Source: a virus
Length of the DNA: 64,000 bases
IMG/VR virus record: IMGVR_UViG_3300013006_000027
Location: 1 to 64,000 of that record
Direction: 5' to 3' (one strand)
The position numbers and the translations under genes are program-made. Below, in pieces: positions 62,696-64,000 of the stretch; positions within the stretch are counted from its first letter, which is position 1; each line of letters starts with the position of its first letter. Under the pieces are notes generated by a model, which made no database searches, was not told the origin of the DNA, and was given only the letters and a program-made list of their open reading frames with translations.

Positions 62696-63883
62696 ATGAG
62701 CCGAAAATCAGCGCCCCAGTTTGTTGTGAAAACCCTTAATCCTAAGGATGAGGATTCGAAATATTACGGAACCGAACCCGAGTTTAAAGAGCAACCTACA
62801 GTTGAAGGTCGAACCTCAGCACTATCGAACGGTCTTCGTTGGTACAGCCGATTCTTTGGACGAAAGGATGCTAAAGAATTGCTGATTCAATATACCGAAT
62901 TTAAAGGCAATCCTGAACAAGGTAAACTTTTGCGTAAAGTGGAAGATAGCGAAATTGCAATGTCTCTATGCTGGTTGGCTCGCATGAATATGCGTGGGCT
63001 AGTATTGACTACCGAAGAGCAAACGAAAGTAAACAATGAACTTACTCGGTTGACAGAAACATTCACAAATCCTAAACTTGCTAAAGCAAGTATGACCTCA
63101 GTTGCAAAAGAAGAGGTTAAAGAAACCCCTACTAATCGTCCTAATGTACAAGAAATTATGCGGGAAAAAGCCTCTGAAGTAGCAGGGGAGCTTGAAGGTA
63201 TTTTTGATGAATACATTAAAGATGGTGCAAAAGCTAGCCATAGTTTTAAAATCATTGATGAAGTAAAAAAGAAAAATATTCTATCTCAACATATCAGTAT
63301 CATTAGCGATGTTTGGAAAAAGAAACTAGTAGAGTTTTCATTGGTTCTAGAAGGCAAAGATAGCGACTTAGCTCAAGGTTATGCTTTCTTGACTAAAACT
63401 CAAATCAAAAATATCATCAAATTCATCGAGCAAGTGCTTAGTGAATTGAATAGTTACATCTCTGTTAAAAAGACTACTAGAGCACCTAGGGCACGTAAAC
63501 CTGTTTCAGTAGAGAAACAAGTTTCAAAACTAAAGTACCTCAGGTCTTTTAAAGATGAAGCCCTTAAACTAGACTTGACTAGTATTCATCCTACTAAACT
63601 TCATGGTGCAAGCGAATGTTGGGTTTATGATACTGCAAAGCGTAAGCTTCATCATTATGTGGCTGATGAGTATAGCAAAACGTTTACAGTTAAAGGTAAT
63701 ACTATTTTGGGTTTTGATACTCGTAATAGTGAGATGAAAACACTACGTAAACCCGCTGAACAATTGAAAGAAATTATGGGTAGTAAGCCGGCCGCACGTA
63801 AATACTTCAAAGAGATTAAAGCGGTGGCTACTACCCCAAATGGTAGATTCAATGAAAATCTTATTATTTTAAAGGCATTTTAA
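62696..63883 (+). CDS. hypothetical protein of T4-like phages
   Basis: 395 aa; C-terminal KTLRKP.EQL ... NGRFNE..IIL. Confidence 0.8.
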   Translation: MSRKSAPQFVVKTLNPKDEDSKYYGTEPEFKEQPTVEGRTSALSNGLRWYSRFFGRKDAKELLIQYTEFKGNPEQGKLLRKVEDSEIAMSLCWLARMNMRGLVLTTEEQTKVNNELTRLTETFTNPKLAKASMTSVAKEEVKETPTNRPNVQEIMREKASEVAGELEGIFDEYIKDGAKASHSFKIIDEVKKKNILSQHISIISDVWKKKLVEFSLVLEGKDSDLAQGYAFLTKTQIKNIIKFIEQVLSELNSYISVKKTTRAPRARKPVSVEKQVSKLKYLRSFKDEALKLDLTSIHPTKLHGASECWVYDTAKRKLHHYVADEYSKTFTVKGNTILGFDTRNSEMKTLRKPAEQLKEIMGSKPAARKYFKEIKAVATTPNGRFNENLIILKAF

Positions 63884-63884
63884 T

Positions 63885-64000
63885 ATGACAAAGCAAATTG
63901 ACTTAAACAAGTATAGCGAATTTGTAGAGGCTGTAACTAGCCGAGATAGTAACGATTTAGCATCATTTATCAATCGTTTAGATTACCTAGATGGAATGTG
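63885..64000 (+). CDS. 3'-partial ORF, possibly MazG-like pyrophosphohydrolase
   Basis: MTKQIDLNKYSEFVEAVTSRDSNDLASFINRL...; catalytic motif not in window. Confidence 0.4.
   Translation, partial: MTKQIDLNKYSEFVEAVTSRDSNDLASFINRLDYLDGM

Overview
This AT-rich window comes from a large tailed dsDNA phage with T4-like replication and morphogenesis genes: TerL, gp32 SSB, UvsX/UvsY/UvsW, primase, helicase, gp14/gp15-like neck proteins, DHFR, ThyA and spanins. The host is Gram-negative; the tmRNA tag points to a betaproteobacterium (inference). Main observations: (1) An 11.6-kb block of three proteins carries 8 six-bladed Kelch-like propellers (48 blades) with a near-invariant DNA framework and hypervariable loops, joined by Thr/Pro stalks and followed by a GT95/GT96-like O-glycosyltransferase. 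(2) A circularly permuted (two-piece) tmRNA gene has tag ANDEVFAIAA. (3) A ~70-nt covarying two-hairpin leader with opposing late-promoter cores is shared by an HNH homing element, which replaced the uvsY 3' end, and by an internally deleted GIY-YIG remnant 18 kb away. (4) Early genes form cassettes whose stop codons lie inside the next TTGACA box, and some promoters have a fixed-spacing TGTTG-N8-CAACA palindrome. (5) The window also holds a 187-aa DnaE-like protein, two small-paralog arrays, and leaderless or hairpin-gated late genes. No CRISPR array, tRNA or reverse transcriptase was found. All calls come from reading motifs by eye; no database search was run.
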